Source: Takakia lepidozioides (Eukaryota; Plantae; Bryophyta). From it: a stretch of 64,000 bases of DNA. The position numbers and the translations under genes were made by a program. Below, in pieces: positions 37,700-50,564 of this stretch. A model generated the notes under the pieces. It saw only the letters and a list, made by a program, of their open reading frames with translations. It had not been told where the DNA came from and did not search any database. Each line of letters begins with the position of its first letter. Position 1 is the first letter of the stretch. Location: contig CM060731.1 of assembly GCA_030704615.1 (NCBI GenBank), positions 39,990,001-40,054,000 on the forward strand, read 5' to 3'.

Positions 37700-40600
37700 A
37701 GCTTGCATTCAATTTCGATGTCCTCGTGTTCCAACGGCACTGCTGCGACAGCGACATCTGTCTGGGTACCTGAGGTGGAGTCCTCATGGAGGGGAGCAAT
37801 TACCTCTTTGTACAGCTCTCCATCCCCCTCAAAGGTGAACAGATGCCTTCCAGCAGCCTTGCAGGCATGGAACGATGCCCCTGCCAGACGAATAAACCAA
37901 ATGAGCCAAGATATGCGCACGAACCTGTACTTTCGAACTACAACAATGAAGGCAAATTATTGCTAGAGTGTGAAGGCCCGAACATGTTCCAAGAGTGAGG
38001 TCAACAACATGGGACCCTTCAATACTGCAAGACTCGATGACTGTCTGCATGAATGCAGGACTCTTTTCCCGTGCATCTCTCCATGGCTGTCCGAAATTCC
38101 GCAGCACAGTAAGCGAGGCGTCCACGTAGTTGTAGATAAAATCATCATCCACGGGATCGCAGGACGACTCAATATGCGTTCCCCCTTTCAAGACCTGGAA
38201 CTCCTTAACGGATGACGGTGTGGATGGGTGGCGTTCTCTTATGAGACAGTGTGCATCAAAAGCTCGTGTCTACGAATTGAAAACACCGGACTCAGTGAGG
38301 TGAGCACCAAGGCAACATCAAGGTAGGTAGCAGATGACAACCTTGCACTACGATTTCGTCAACGCGAGGATGCAAGAGAAGATTGACAGCGCAGAAGGAA
38401 AATAAAGCTATCCAAACACGGGAAACATTTCTACAAGATTGAATGAAATGGAGGATACGACATACCTTCTGGCCTGGGATGTACCCCTTTGTAAGTGGGA
38501 GACTACTAACTCCATTCCAGCTTTTAATCACCTTCATCCCACCAGACTTCAGGAAACTGGACAGTAGTCGTCGGCACTTTGCATTGGCGTTGGATGAGCA
38601 AACACCCATTGTCAGCCAAGAAGTTCCCACAGAACTTGAAGACTTAGGGCCAGTAGCGCTCGTCCTATTCATTCCAAACTGGAGTGACACCTTTCAGTGG
38701 AAGATCTGGGACTGGAAGCCCGTCTGGAATGTCCACAATAACGAGCTCGCAGGCAAAGGGTTTTTTCTCTCCGTTCACCCACGATGGACCTTTCCCAGCC
38801 TTCACCCCCCAAAAACAATCCAATTCAAAGGACATTTGACCACACTGCAAGAACCAAATGACAAGTAGGGGAGTGGATAAGGAATTTACCAGAGTGAGGA
38901 ATGAAGACAATGTCTCCCAAGTTGGGGACTTCTCTTTGACTGTGCCGCCTTTCCTCCTTGATTCCATCATGTCCAAGAAGCTTTCGTTGATTGTCTTGTG
39001 TTGGTATCCCGTGGCCACACCTCTGCCAGGGTTAGGTAGGGCCTCGTATGGTTTGTCCGACAGAGCCAGTTGTGAAACCCTCTGAGCCCCTCCTGCCACA
39101 GTAGCTGCTGCCTGACTTTGTTCGCCGGCCCTCTTTCTTTTTGTCCTTCTTCTTTCCACCCTTCTTTTTCGGGCTCTGATTTACAACTGGTTCCTTTGCT
39201 TTAAGAAGCCGGAGATCTCTCAACTGCAGCTGCCTATCTATCAGTCTTCAGAGGAGCAAGAGTCTCTGCATTGTCATTCAAGTTTCGCACGACGATCTCC
39301 TCCCAGGGTGTCGATTGTTTCGGGCAATCAAGGTACCACCCACAGTCTTTGAAATGAGACCTGCTCCAGTCCTCCAGAATTCCCGCTGTGTACATTGTTG
39401 TGTCGGGATTTGTCTTTGCCCAGCTGTCAATGAAGAATGGGTAGGAGCTTAGAAAACCACCTGGAAAAAGCACTCCGTGGATATATTTGCGAAAACAAAA
39501 ACAACAAAAATCAGGAGAGTTCATAGGAAGACATGATAGCAGGCTCCATCCCTTTGTTGTAACACTTAACAAAAAACAATCCAAGTGCAGGCCAAACTCA
39601 TCATTGCGTCAACGAAAGCCTCTTTCCGGTTCTGAAACAAGAGTTTGACACTTAAGAAATCATGTTATCACTCAAGTCATGGGCTGCTATCAAACAGGCT
39701 TGCGTCAACGCAAGCCTCATGCAGACCCGGTAAAAGTGTCGTTGCCTCACAGTTTTTGCACGAAGGAAACACTCCATAGCTGTACTTAAAATTCTCACAA
39801 CATGCCCCTTCCTAATACTTTGTTCAAACTACCAATATCTATTCCATACACTAGACAGGCTTGCGTCAACGCAAGCCTGATCCTAGCCAAAAAACACTGG
39901 GGATAATGCAAGCCATGAGTAGCAGGGTCCGCAGGCTTGCGTTAATGCAAGCCTCAATAGAGGCAGCTTCTATCTCAAAGAACAACTCACAACATTAAAA
40001 AGCATGAAATGAAACCTGTTTATGACTCGCTTCATCGCCTGCTCCCCATTGTATTGCGCATCGAACAAATTGGAACGGTTAATCCCACCATCCACAGCAA
40101 ATTTGCGGAAGAACACATGGTCCCAAATGATCCATTTCCACCTCCTTATCCAGGTCTCGAATGACTCATCGGGTGTAGCAACGACTATCTTGAAGTCTGT
40201 TAGAGATTTCTCCATAACCTCCTCAGCCCTCTCCTCCAACTGGCACGCAAATAACTTGGTTAGATTTTGCGAATGCACTCAAAGACATTCAACACAGACA
40301 TTGATGAGCTGTGTCATGATATTCTTACCTGTGCCCAGAATGTGGCTTTATGAAGCCAGATGTCCCACTCTTGGTCACTGAAAGGGGTGACGACTCCAGT
40401 GGTGGCGTTCTTCTCGCCCATGGGAAAACTATTTGCTTGCCGTAGAACAGGCTCAGAGTTCCAAATTTGAAGCCACCGTATTTTCACTGCTGGCTCCACC
40501 ATTGCCATGCAAGCCTGTGCAGCTTCTCTTGTGTCATTTCAGGCTTTGTTGTCTTGCTCCAATGAATGCGAACCTCATCCAGAAACTGAGGGCCAAGACC

Positions 40601-41815
40601 AGGATCAGCTAGATGCGCAGTTGCTTAGTGAATGCAGTCACCACCTTCCTGTAGAATTCGTTCATGTGGAAGGTCATTGCCGCCTCAATACCGTAGGCAG
40701 TGCGTTCACTTTCTGGAGTTTTTCCGTAATATTCCGCTTTTCCCCTTTCTCCCGCATCGGCAATTTCTTGCTATCCAACCCAAAGGCAACTTTAAAAAGG
40801 TCCGACTCCTAAATGTGCAATAGGTACCTGAATCTAAACTTCACAATGATTCAGGCTTGCATCGACACAAGCCTGAACATGGGTACATATGAATGATAAA
40901 AAAAAGGTTGTTTGCAAGACCTACCGTATACATGTACTCCAAGAACGCATCCCTCGTGAGTGTGTACCATGTCTCTGCCCTTTTGGAGGTCTCGCACTTC
41001 TCGAAGGCCTCAGGTGAAAGAATATTAGTCTTGAAGCTGGACAATGGCATCCGTCCTAGCTTTTGCATCCTGAATAATGTGTGCACCAAGTTTGTGGTGA
41101 CATGGGAAGACTTTGTCTGCCTGCACCATCAAACCGAGTATGAGAAAAGGTTTTAATGGCAAATAATAGCATTTGAGGTTGTATCAGAATCTAGTGGTTG
41201 AAGAGAACTTACTTGTTTATATCATGCATGGCTATTAGTAGCTGTGTGTAGTTTTCCTTTGGATCCAAAACGCATGCCGCGACGGAGTAATGCCAATCTT
41301 TCTCCTCTCGATGCATAGATTCAATGTACTCCATCAAGCAAGCAGGCGGTGGTTCCCATCCCAAACAAAGAACATCTTGTTACTGTACACCTGCAACTCC
41401 AGACTCCTGGACAGAAACTGCTTGAATTCCAAATTCACTTCCCTCCAGCACTCATCCCACTTGCCCTCGATGTCGTCGTCTACCAGTCTCTCGTTCCCAT
41501 TGGAGTCTCCAACAGAAATGTAAAAGACTGGGGTTCCAAACACATACCCGTGCACAAAATCTCCTTGAAGCTTCCTGATATATCCCCGGTTAGGGCAGGA
41601 CGAACAGCAGACATTGATATCATCCTGCAGAGGGGTACCATGAGGTTCGCCTCCATAACCATCATGGATCGGATTACCTGTCCAGATTTCACTTTCGAGC
41701 CTGACCTTATCTTGATGGCCATGCCTTTGTAATCCATATCTGTGTCTTGCACTTCTGTCTGGACTGCTGTTGCTGCAACAGGGCCTTTGCCCTTTCTCCT
41801 CTTCTTCTGCTCATC
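37700..41815 (-). pseudogene. Multi-exon gene: ParB-like N-terminal domain plus beta-class amino (N6A/N4C) DNA methyltransferase
   Basis: VRPA..DI.KLQGDF..G..FFVWDGNHRLLA (ParB/Srx DGxHR). ELVIVDIPDG (motif-IV position, 38722-38733) precedes REKSPAFMQTVIESCSIEGSHVVDLTLGT and, after an intron, GASFHACKAAGRHLFTFEGD (motifs X-I-II of N6_N4_Mtase). GT-AG introns (e.g. 41121-41212); frameshifts and stops are present. Confidence 0.75.
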
Positions 41816-42237
41816 AGAAGAAACAAGAAATACATTATCAGATCAAAAAGCGGGATTCTGTGATCCATAAGATCAACCTTGCGTTAACGCAAGCATGACA
41901 TGGAGGTCTTCAAAGGACCGTTTGACAACCCCAAACAGGTTGTGATCTACATCCTTTCGTTGACGCAAACATGGATTGGACATCGAAAAGATTCTCTCAC
42001 AAAAGGATGTTTTGCTTTTCTTAGACACACAACAGGGCTTACAAAAAGACTGACACAGATTCTGGCTCCTGCATAGGTTTGTATGGACTAAACTTCAGGC
42101 TTGCGTCAACGCAAGCCTGGTCTGTGTGCCTGCTTACCTCACTATCTCTAAAACTATGTTTAGATTGAGAGCCGCAAATCGATATAAACTCAAAGTTTTG
42201 GGAATAACCAAATCAGGCTTGCATCAACGCAAGCCTG
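39604..42237. repeat. Dispersed 24-bp palindrome CAGGCTTGCGTYRACGCAAGCCTG, about 9 copies
   Basis: Copies at ~39604, 39695, 39856, 39932, 40852, 41877, 41953, 42096 and 42214, all in non-coding (intronic or upstream) segments of the MTase gene. Confidence 0.92.
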
Positions 42238-42684
42238 CGCTGGATGTTTGTTCCGTGTATCATGCTTCTCTACTGAACTACACTATGCAAACTTGAAGTG
42301 TTTCAGATGGAAAGGCTATTTAGGGTTTCGTTGACCGACAGTGTGCTCTCACACATAAGCAGGGAGCAAATATTTACCTCTGCCGGGTGCTCGCCTTGGC
42401 CTGATGGTGCTGATCCATCCCTTTTGTTCCCCTTCTCCATCGCCGCGACCTGCTCTCGTAGAGGCTGCAAGCGAGCAGAATGGTTAGACATGAAGAGAAT
42501 ACAATGCACAGTGTACAAGTACATGGGCAATGGTTTAGGGTTTTCTCACCTCGACTTGTATTGCTTCTTTTTGGGCCTCTTGCAGGGAATGGAGTGGACA
42601 AGAACTCAAATTGTCCGGTGCCAACATAGATTGCGTTCCTGCATCATCCATCTGCTCGTCGTCGGTTTGAGCCTTGGCGTCGTT

Positions 42685-44500
42685 GTTAGAGGGCTGCTTG
42701 GGACTTAGATGCTTTTACGGGTTCTGTGGGGTACCCTTAATTTTTGCGCAGACTTACGGATGGTAGACTGAGACCAACATGAGCCTTAGGGGTGGTGGGC
42801 GCAGGCTTTAGGGGGGGTACACAGCTTCGCACAGCTAGTCACAGCCCGACACAGCTTCGCACAGCCAGTCACAGTCCGACACAGTCTGACACAGCCCGAC
42901 ACAACTTCGCACAGCCAGTCACAGTCCGACACAGTCTGACACAGCTCGATACAGCTTTACACAGCCAGTCACAGCTCGGCACAGCTTGGCACAGCCTGTC
43001 ACAACGTACATAGGGAACGGTTATCATTGACAGAGAACGACCGTGTGGGAACGACATTTGCAGAGGGAACGTGTTACTTCAGGGGTGACAGTTAGTTAGT
43101 TAGGTGGTTAGAACAGCTTGCGGGTATATTAGGCAGGGCGGCAACATGAAGGGGATCACTTCTTGAGGAGCGCGACTTGATCAGGGGAGGAGGAGACGAA
43201 ACGGAGAGCGGAACAGTGAAGATGAGATGATGACTTGATTGAGGCTTAATTCATGCAAGCTGTAGAATCATATAGTAGGGTAGAATAGGGACACCATGGC
43301 ATTGGCTGATACTTGATTAATCATAATCTGATACTTGTTCGATACAATCATACTGTGTAGAGAGACATAAGAGAAGCTGTGGAATAAATGAATGATTGAT
43401 TGGAACTTGGTAGATACTGAAGCAATCTGATGCTTCAGTATATCCAGTAAGGTAAATTGATAACATGAAGGCAAGAAGGAATACAAATAGGAAGCACAAC
43501 CATGATTCACTAGCTGTAGGTCATGACTGATTGTTCTGAGTGGGCTGAATACTTAGAGATATCCAACTCTTCTATCTTGGAGTTTCCACCTCGGATAGCG
43601 AAGGGATGGGTGAGTAAAAGCCGCTCGACATTTGGCGACCATACTTGGGATCTGGGTCATGAACAACCAGATGTGACAGACATCTGGTGGGATCATGGTG
43701 GTTGGAGAATTAAAGAATTTGATGTGAATCAAATTCCCTGTGGAACTGAGAAGGAAAGATTGTCCAAACAATTCTTTCAGAGGTTCTTGGAATTGCCAGA
43801 CGGTTGTAAAGAAAACATGTTTAAGAAAGTGCATGATGCTGACCCTGAGTAGGGTCTGGAGAAAGGAGTGATAAAGATTTATCAGGTGGCCTGTAGAGGA
43901 AGAGCACGTTGGTTACCAACACTAGTTTATGTGACAGCATTGCTATCCATTAAGCGAGTAGAGTTTGAAGGCTAGGAGGAAAGAAAAGTGAATGTTTACA
44001 CTCATATGCATGAAGAACTTGTACTGGTAAAGAATTGGATTCCTAAGGATATTCTGTGGATCAAACTCACACCAAGAACAGCTTTTCAGACTTGTTTGCC
44101 ATATGGTTATATGGTAACGAAGACTTCTAGTATAGCCAAGGGTGCATTGAAGCTTGAAAGAAACCCAGGTATATACGAGAGATACTACAGAAGAGAGTTT
44201 TGGTTATTGCCTCATTAAAGAAATGAAATACATGGGACATGAGTGATGAAAGAGAAGCTAGACTCCAGAGATATTCAGCAAAAAAAGAAAGTTATTTGAA
44301 AGCTAATTATCCATATCTTTGGGAGAGAGGAATAGACATAGGGAAATCATCTGGACCTCTCACACCATTAAGATCAGAGATACATCACCTATACCGGAGG
44401 AACTAGAGTTGGATGCGACTCCTTCTTATTCTTTGCAAGAAAAATTAAGGGTACCCCACAAAACTCGTAAAAGCATCTAAGTCCTAAGCAGCCCTCTAAC
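42685..44500. repeat. 61-bp inverted repeat pair (42685-42745 / 44440-44500)
   Basis: GTTAGAGGGCTGCTTGGGACTTAGATGCTTTTACGGGTTCTGTGGGGTACCCTTAATTTTT and its reverse complement, with about 3 mismatches. Confidence 0.9.
42818..43003 (+). repeat. 10-bp-unit minisatellite (CACAG core) with higher-order structure
   Basis: About 18 units such as ACAGCTTCGC, ACAGCCAGTC, ACAGTCCGAC. Confidence 0.93.
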
Positions 44501-45170
44501 AGTCGTGCCCTGCTCTCGTCTGTGTCCCCTTGTCTTTGCTTAGTTCCTCATTCTCGTCTCCTGCAAGCGAAACAAACTCTCTCTCTTCCCGACCTTTTTC
44601 TCTACTAGATGCCGCATCCATTCTTTCAAACTCTCGTCCTAACCTCTTACCCTTCATTCTCTCAAGTGCTTTACTTCGCTCTCTCTCGGTAGTGAATCAC
44701 AAAGACTGCCTCCTTCTGCGACGCTTGAACGCACTCCTATCCCCTCCAGCTTGCTAGGCACTCCGCACGGTCACTCTCTCTGAAAAGACGGTGCTTTGTA
44801 GAGGGGTATTTCAAATGACGATTGGGGTTTGGGGATGAATGGAAAAGGTCATGTCCGCGACATTCGTTACATTGTCCACATAGGGCTTCTTCCTGATGTG
44901 TTATGTGCACTTCTTCATCCACCCTTGATGTCGGTGTATGCCATAACATGTGTCCAGCGGTGACAGGTCGGTTGTCGCTGAATTCGGCGCATGCAATGCA
45001 TTGGATACCTTTTCCGATACGCCCTCAATGTAACGGTCAAACTCAACGGTATGAACGTGCAAAAATCAATGTGGTCAATTTAACCCTTGGCTCTTGGCCA
45101 ATCGCTGCTTGTATAGGCACTGACGTGTAGTGGCCATGATCATTCTTTTGATAGTATCAAGCGCCGGTCA

Positions 45171-48100
45171 ATGCCGGACATCCTCATCCTTTGGCAGTAC
45201 ATTCCTGGCATCATTGCAACAGATATTACGTCTGTGAGGATTCGTACTAGCTGTTTTTGTACTCCTAAGTTCTGCAGTGCACGTACTCCGTCCTGTGCAC
45301 TGCACTTTACCTACATCCACTTGTGCAATGAATCCCACAGCGGACATAGCAAAGTTCTACTGTGCGTCCCATTCAAGGCCCATTTGCAAGGTCGCGGGTG
45401 GAGATGGTCTCGTTGTTGTGCAGGAGGACGTGTCTGTAGAAGCTTGGAACTTGAAGTTGGAACTGTTCATGTTGAGAAAGAAGTGTATGATGATTCCGGT
45501 AAGGTTGACAACATGTTGATACTGGAGCCAGATATGGTTGGGAGTCGTAGAGACTGGAGAGTTCCGACGGGCAACTACCGTGTTCACAGGGATCAAAGAC
45601 GCATGTCTGCAAGTTCCATCTTGACGCCCGGAACAACTGCTTCGGTGGCTCCAACCTTCACACCTACTCCCATAAAAAAGGAAGAGACCAGCACTTCCAC
45701 TACATTCGTGGAGCTCTCCGAAAGTTCAGATGAGGACATTTCGGAGATCCCTTCACCGCCAAACCCGAGTGTTTATGTCGACGCAGATGTTCTAGAGATT
45801 ACAAGTGTCATTCCCAAGCTGCAGTCTCTGAAAGGTTTGCCTAATAGCAGGAGTGATGTGCGTGGGATTGCATGGGGGACAATTCGAATTGAAAGAGCAA
45901 AATGTGTGCCTGTTGAATTTGATTGTGATGTCCTCTTCGAGTTGCCGCCTCCAACCTCATGTGGAGGTTTGGCTGGTTTGATGCAGGGTATGGACAAGAA
46001 ACATGATGGACACCTTTGGTGCCGGACGAAAACTTCCAACATACACAATCCTCATGGGTTGAAGTTTCGGAGATCAGTTTGCATTGGGCACCTGCGATGT
46101 ACAAATGCAAATTGCAGTGGCCTGAGGATGACTGGTTTCGCAAACGAAACCGAGTGGGAGGGCTCTGCGGACAATCCATTTGCAGTGGGTTGTGCCACTC
46201 CAAGTAACACTACGTTCATCTGCAGGTTCTGCAAATTCGTCCCCACATGCATTGCCACCTGTAAGGCTCGCATGTACTACGTTCTTCATCGTTGCTTGAC
46301 CCTTACTCGGGAGCCTTGTATACATCTCGGAAATCATGATCACCCCGTGTGCAAAGGAGATTGCAGGGAAAGTATAGGTACGGTATTGGGACTCCTGCAG
46401 CAAGAAGTTCACAACACTCCGAGTGCTTCGCCGTCAGCCATTGCACTTGCGGCAAACAAGACGTTCTTGCAAAAATATATTCTTGGAGAACCAGACGATA
46501 TCTTAGCCAAGCTGGATTCCTAAAAGCTAGATGCTGTTATGGACCATTTTTCTACATTAAGCTCGCCCAATGTCCGGAATCACATCAACGCACTGCAAAT
46601 AGGTCCAGGGAACAGAGGTTCTCTTGATAGCATTTTGGACTTGAAGCGTAGAAGCAAATATGACTTTATTCAAGATAGTGTCTTTCCAGGCTAGGGATCC
46701 TTGAAAGTGTACTTATTCAAAATGTCCACAGTGGGGGAGGGTAGTGGAGTTAACCTGGTCCGAAGAATGCAACCCAGAGGCGATCTGCAGAAATCATGGC
46801 CGCTCATGTTCGACCATGTCAAACGTGTTAAAGAGTGGACAACCATGGCTTGTCATGTGTATGATCCCACTTACCAAAGAGTAATGACTATAGCCGTTTG
46901 CGACATGCAATCCGAGGACACACAATCTGATGTGGAGGTCTCTTGTGAACGTCATGAATTTGAATATTGTGCCTGATCCAAACTTCAATGGATTCATGGC
47001 TGACAGCGCCCAGACAAACTGGAATGCAATACGGTGTGTGTTTGGATCTGGAGACCCCAAAACACCTATGGAAGGTAGGGAGCGCACTTGTCTCTTTCAT
47101 TGGACGCAGTCCCTTCGAAGGCATACAAAGAGTTGCATAAAAGTGGAATTGCAGGACGAGCACATGAGACTATGCCGCTTGTACAAAGATGCAAGGACGG
47201 AGCATGAGGCAAACTCCCTGTATCAAACTATCCGAGCATGGTGGTACTCCTCGGATGCCAGGAAGGCCTCAAAGAGCTGGATGACTGGTTTGGGTTTTGG
47301 CATTTCCGATACAGACAGTGGGGGGGTTTCATGACGACAGTAAGTTCCAGGAGTTAGAGGGTTTTGTTTCTTCAGTTATCTTGAGGGAAAGGTTCATTTG
47401 ATGCCTGCTCTTGTCCAGTAAAACTGCACTCAAAACATGAAAACTCATTGCATAATCTGGTGGCTGGACGGATATGACGCTTGAGGATATTGCGGACATG
47501 CCCTCCTGCAATCTTTCGGAGACAGTGCACAGTGTTTGGATGAAGCAATCCGGGAAGAACGGGCGGGATCTGTACGATGCCACAGCTGATGACATGGTCC
47601 ACGCGCGTTGATGCTGGACTCACGAAGAAGCAGATAGTGGAAAAGAGGATGGGGGAGATGCTCCAGAACATGCTCGGCATAGAGAGCAGTCCGAAGCACA
47701 AAGGGTCTCCGGCGATTGGGGAGTCTTCTGGAGAAGCTAAAATAAAGGTACAAGTGATGTCCATACCTATTTGGAAGCTCAATCGCAACAAACACGGTAC
47801 CGGGATTTCTTTCGGGGACGGGGTACAGGCAAGGGGGCAGACAGGGCAGAGTTGTTGCTCAGGGCTGCAAACAGATTGAAAGACCCTACTAAGATGGCAT
47901 GGGCTGTGAACGAGTGCACAATGGGAACACCATTGCAGTCATGGCTTACATATCTGGAAGGAGAGGAGAGGTTTGGTTCGTGCAAAAGAAAACTTGACAC
48001 CCCACCAGGCTCGGATGCAGATTCACACCGCCACGATCGGGAGAACTTTTCAGTACCACGTGTGCATGTCAGCCCCGCTTTCGTGGGTGACACCCCCGAC

Positions 48101-49033
48101 GTGGGGGAGTTGTCATTGCCTTCGTTCCCTCAGGAGTCTCCAACCACCGCCGTCCCCGGGGAAGGGGAGAATATGTTGCCGGTAGAGGAGACGGACTGTA
48201 TAGACGCAACGTGGCATATAGAACGGACTCCCCATGGATCAAAAGTCAAATGTGCCGCTATTAGGGCACCCTCGTTTCAAAAGTGCAAGTCCCAAATCTC
48301 CAAAGGGACTTGCGGTACTTCTGCCCCGACGTTCACCAGGTTGTTCAAGCATTACCAGTCGCGGGAGTCTAGGCCTCACAAGTTTTGGTTCTGCCCCGAT
48401 GACATTGTGCGCTGTGTCATGGGGACTGTTCGGGAATCTGTGATAATGAAGCCTCAAATTCCAGCCGTGTGGCAATTTGGAACCGCACTCTCCAAACTGG
48501 AGATTGACATGCTGGAGGAGGTCGGGTTTCGCCTTCCGAGAGCCCGTCCTGTCATAACACTAGTTGACTCAATGGCTTTCTCTTCCAACTTTATGGCACG
48601 TCCTCGACATGGCAATAATAGGCTCACAAAAAGGAATGGAAAAGCGGTACGTTTGGTTGAGGCTGGTGCAAACAATGAGTGCAAGATGGAGTCTGCTAGA
48701 ACCCTACAGTGTTGCGACACCCAAATTGTGAATGTTCCCTTGCCAGGGTATGGGCAGGTGTACATCATGGCGACCTTTGGATCAGTTGTTCATGACCGGA
48801 CCTATGAGATTACTATTGGCGATTTCCCTAATTGCACTTGTCCGGATTTTCAGAACACGCTCTCAAGTTCTCTTGGCAAGAGAGTAAAATTTGTCCCGTG
48901 CAAGCATTTGTACTACATCTATATTCGGAGAATGTTTTGCGATCCAAAACAAGATACGTACATTCACCAATGTACGATTGGACCCAACGACGTTCACACA
49001 CTATTACAGCGAGATACTTCGGGTACAAATTGA
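45171..49033 (+). pseudogene. Mutator-like (MULE) transposase with N-terminal GCM/WRKY-type Zn domain and C-terminal SWIM finger; frameshifted
   Basis: DGHLW..RRSVCIGHLRCTNANC..CRFC..C..C..GNHDHP (GCM-like); MFDHV (D 46812), FMADSA (D 47002), CLFHW (CxxH), NLSETVH (E 47519); CTCPDF..PCKHL (SWIM, 48833-48907). Confidence 0.8.
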
Positions 49034-50102
49034 GATGTAGTCTGGATTTGCATTACAACTCTACCCGTTTGCCCTCCTTGTCATTGTTACTCAAATCTGG
49101 GTGTATCGGACTTTGGAGATGGGTACGTTTGCTTCAAGGATGCATTTTTGAATGAGATCAATGTTGTTTTGCAATGAGGATTTCTTCTCAATCTTGTTTT
49201 TCAATGCATGTTTGTGTTCCAACCAGGTCGACTTGTATCTGGCTTAGTGCTGGATAATATGAACACTTTCTTGAATGAGATCAATGATTGTTTTGCAGAA
49301 TTGGCTTATGTATTCACTTTCTATGAGATGAATGAATGAGATGATACTCCATGACTGTTATGAAAATGATGAATGTCATGAATGTTAAACTCATTTGTGC
49401 TACATTCAATCCCCTCTTTGTCATCCAACATCCATCCTTCATTCATCCATTTCCCTGAACCCATTCATACTTGCTTACTTCATCTGGAAGTTCTTCGTAC
49501 ACATTCATCCCACATTTTCTGGCATGGAGGTCGGCGCCTTCGGTCCCATCATGGCATATAAACCTCCAATAGGCATAAGTTTGCATCAATGACAATAGGC
49601 CCAACTTCTTCCACGGTTATACGCTCCACTTCCACTTTCTGCTCATGCTTAACTTCTGCTCACACTTAAGGGAATCTGCTCACGATTAGTGGAATCTGCT
49701 CACACTTAGTATGCTAAGCGTGAGCGCGCTCACGCCGCAAACTACTCTCTTCTTTATTCTTTTTTTTACTGCCTACAGTTTGTTGTCATTCTGGTGAAGC
49801 TCAACCATATTTGAGAAGTCCAACAAGCAAGGGCACATTGCGGTTGATCCAAGAGGAGGTGGTCGTAGGCTGAGTAAGACAGGGCTTTTAATTCCAATTT
49901 ATTCTGAATGAGATCGTGAGATTAAGTAGGGACATGAAAGAAAAAGAGACTGTGTTTCACATTAAGGGTATTCTGTACATGCGCATTCCATTTTCGGCTC
50001 CCAGTTTGCCATTTTCCCCATTGGATCCCTCCTCAATTATCACGTTGACCTCCTCATGTAGAATATCAGCTAGCTCGCTCCGCACCTTTCCACTCAGGCC
50101 TA

Positions 50103-50564
50103 TGTGAAGAAAGCCGGAATGTTGGAACCATAGTCACGAGAGACAGAGAAACGAGTACCTTTAGAAAAGCCCAAAACCAACGTCTTGTCGGTTGGGGTAT
50201 CGAACTACAACTCAACAATACACGTACTTTAGGTATACTAATACAGGAGAAATGTGCAATGTATATGTTTAGATAGGGTCAACTAGGGTTAGTAAGGGGA
50301 CATGAGACATGACTCATGTTTTTCATCCAAATCCCTAGGATAGGAATCTTATCTAGATCTAAAGCCCGGGTTCTAGAATCTGTCCTGGGCTTTCGGAATA
50401 TTAAGTCTGGGCTAGATAATTTGTATAAGAATATCGAATCGTTTGGCCTGGGCTAGAGAATGTTCTAAAGAGAATCTTAGGCCAGAGCTAGAGAATCTTG
50501 TCCGGGGCTTTTGGAATATTTACTAGTATGGCTTTTTTGGGCTTCCATAGCCGGGTGCGTTACA
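50103..50564 (-). mobile_element. Probable solo LTR
   Basis: Minus-strand ends TGTAACGC..CTTCACA and internal degenerate repeats (GGGCT..AGAAT); no TSD found. Confidence 0.45.

Noticed and set aside
39604-42237. Palindromic repeats with unique intervening sequence as a CRISPR array
   Set aside because: Spacing is irregular (about 75-1000 bp), the intervening DNA includes exons, there are no cas genes, and the context is eukaryotic.
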